Origin: a virus
Virus record (IMG/VR): IMGVR_UViG_3300045988_112906
DNA length: 64,000 nucleotides
Strand: one strand, 5' to 3'
The translations under genes and the position numbers were made by a program. The stretch's first letter is position 1. Each line of letters opens with the position of its first letter. Below, piece by piece: positions 62,918 to 64,000 of this stretch. The notes beneath the pieces are model-generated. The model saw only the letters and a program-made list of their open reading frames with translations. It did no database searches and was not told where the DNA came from.

Positions 62918-63655
62918 TTATTTCTGTTCTTTACGTCTGTCTTGGCGATAGAACTTCCGTTCTGCCATCTTCCGCTCTTCTTCGGTCTTGTAAAGCACCT
63001 GATTAACATCATGCTTGCTCATATCTACGGTATGAATGCGATGGGTGGCAGGATCCAGACCGTTCTTCTCGCAATAAATCTTCCAAGCTTCCACGCCATG
63101 TGGGTTCTTGGCTTCTTCGGCTGCTTTTCTGATTTCCTCTGCCCTTCTGCGCTCATCGTCCTGTCTTCCACGCTCTGCCAGCATATCCTGCTCGTATTTG
63201 TTGAGCGCTTCGATAATATCCTGCGGATTGATGGTCGTGTTGTTATCATCGTGCTTGTGCTGGAACAGCTTGCCGTACTTTCCATCCATGATGGTGACAA
63301 AGGCATAGTCCAGTTCGGTGGTGGTCCAATAATGATACTTGGCACAGATTCTTGCGGCAAGCATCTGAACCTGATACTCCGTAACGATGTCGAAGACTCC
63401 GAGATAGGTGAAAAGTTCTATCAGTTTGCCCTTGACCCAGCCAACAAGACTAGGCAATCCTCTCTGCATGCGGACGGAAAGCAAAGTGGTGCTGCTCTTG
63501 GTGCAGGCATCAGCGAAGGAAGTAGGACGAATATAGTCCGGCTTATCCTTGATAATCGGAACCAAGGATTCTTGCTGCCTTTGCTGCAAGATTGTTTGCT
63601 CTCTGTTGTTCATTGCTCTGTACTGGATAAATTTCATCCTCCCATCTTGCTCCAT
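62918..63655 (-). CDS. Hypothetical protein (up to 245 aa; alternative ATGs at 63637 and 63613)
   Basis: ORF track. Charged helical C-terminus. Preferred over the antisense 62942..63667 ORF because of the strand context. Confidence 0.55.
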   Translation of the reverse strand: MEQDGRMKFIQYRAMNNREQTILQQRQQESLVPIIKDKPDYIRPTSFADACTKSSTTLLSVRMQRGLPSLVGWVKGKLIELFTYLGVFDIVTEYQVQMLAARICAKYHYWTTTELDYAFVTIMDGKYGKLFQHKHDDNNTTINPQDIIEALNKYEQDMLAERGRQDDERRRAEEIRKAAEEAKNPHGVEAWKIYCEKNGLDPATHRIHTVDMSKHDVNQVLYKTEEERKMAERKFYRQDRRKEQK

Positions 63656-64000
63656 TCAGATAAGTGAGAGGGTGCATTCTATATTGTTTTCTGGAACCAT
63701 CTGATACGGAACCTGGAATAACCGTGTTCGCCACATAAGCAGGAACGGCTCTCATGCAGGCTGTCTTTTCGAAAGGTTTCAATCTATTCCACTTCTCTTC
63801 TGCTTTCTTGCGTCCCTTCTTGTACGCATAGGCATCCCAAAAGTCTTGGAAGGTTGGTATTGGAAACGTTACCTGCAAGTCCACGGTCTCCACCTCGTTC
63901 TCTTCCGGGAACATCGGCTTCTCCTTGTAATACTTGCCGGTTGCCATGAATCTTGCGCCATTCACAAATGCGTCACGCATGGCTTCGTTGTCGGGGGCAT
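63543..64000 (-). CDS. Hypothetical protein, possibly 5'-truncated by the window edge
   Basis: ATG at 63980, but the frame stays open to position 64000. Contains FWDAYAYKKGRKKAEEKW...TYLNGARWEDE. Confidence 0.5.
   Translation of the reverse strand, partial: APDNEAMRDAFVNGARFMATGKYYKEKPMFPEENEVETVDLQVTFPIPTFQDFWDAYAYKKGRKKAEEKWNRLKPFEKTACMRAVPAYVANTVIPGSVSDGSRKQYRMHPLTYLNGARWEDEIYPVQSNEQQRANNLAAKAARILGSDYQG

Larger units (their letters stand above)
341..64000. mobile_element. Temperate tailed-phage / prophage genome segment (Bacteroidota-type)
   Basis: Integrase, XRE switch, scaffold/MCP/portal/TerL, lysis cassette and many small accessory genes. TAnnTTTG -7 boxes precede operons. Phage-like genes continue to the right window edge. 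Confidence 0.85.

Noticed and set aside
62942-63667. 241-aa plus-strand ORF antisense to 62918..63655
   Set aside because: All neighbouring genes are on the minus strand. The minus-strand product looks like a normal charged helical protein, whereas the plus-strand product is hydrophobic and low in complexity.
1-64000. Genome-wide TAG (or TGA) stop-codon reassignment
   Set aside because: Only one in-frame TAG was found (19578). TAG terminates at least five otherwise normal genes, one of them as TAG-TAA. No other gene looks fragmented, and no suppressor tRNA is visible in the window.
1-64000. tRNA, rRNA and CRISPR arrays
   Set aside because: The intergenic regions were read by eye. No cloverleaf-like segment and no repeat-spacer array was seen. 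A proper tRNAscan or Infernal run was not possible.

Overview
The window is one contiguous segment of a temperate tailed phage or prophage. Its host is probably a Bacteroidota bacterium, because TAnnTTTG -7 promoter boxes precede most operons. All calls rest on reading motifs by eye; no similarity search, tRNA scan or statistics could be run.

Layout, left to right:
- A tyrosine integrase flanked by a TTGATAACAT motif cluster (341-1477).
- About 17 tightly packed small minus-strand accessory genes (1.5-6.4 kb).
- An XRE-type switch with a divergent promoter region (6.4-7.3 kb).
- A 760-bp non-coding region (7.3-8.0 kb).
- A late operon (8.0-26.6 kb) ending in a giant gene of about 14.9 kb. It carries ParB-like, SF2 helicase, N6-adenine methyltransferase and HExxH peptidase motifs. 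It is interrupted by one in-frame TAG that splits the helicase core.
- A three-gene moron cassette followed by a diverged orphan copy of the giant gene's 3' end (26.6-29.6 kb).
- A six-gene operon of unknown function (29.7-32.7 kb).
- A three-gene MotA-like / MotB-OmpA-like / HNH cassette that matches type II Zorya (33.0-36.1 kb), embedded among virion genes.
- Fibre genes, one fused to a metallophosphoesterase, then connector, major capsid and scaffold genes on the minus strand (36.1-44.7 kb).
- A portal to TerL operon (44.9-54.1 kb).
- A small operon encoding a minimal rhomboid protease (54.2-55.0 kb).
- A holin / amidase / u-spanin lysis cassette (56.2-57.5 kb).
- More small minus-strand genes running to the window edge.

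A conserved element, CGGAAACACGG-N22-(T/C)AnnTTTG, precedes all four late operons.

No tRNA, rRNA or CRISPR array was seen.
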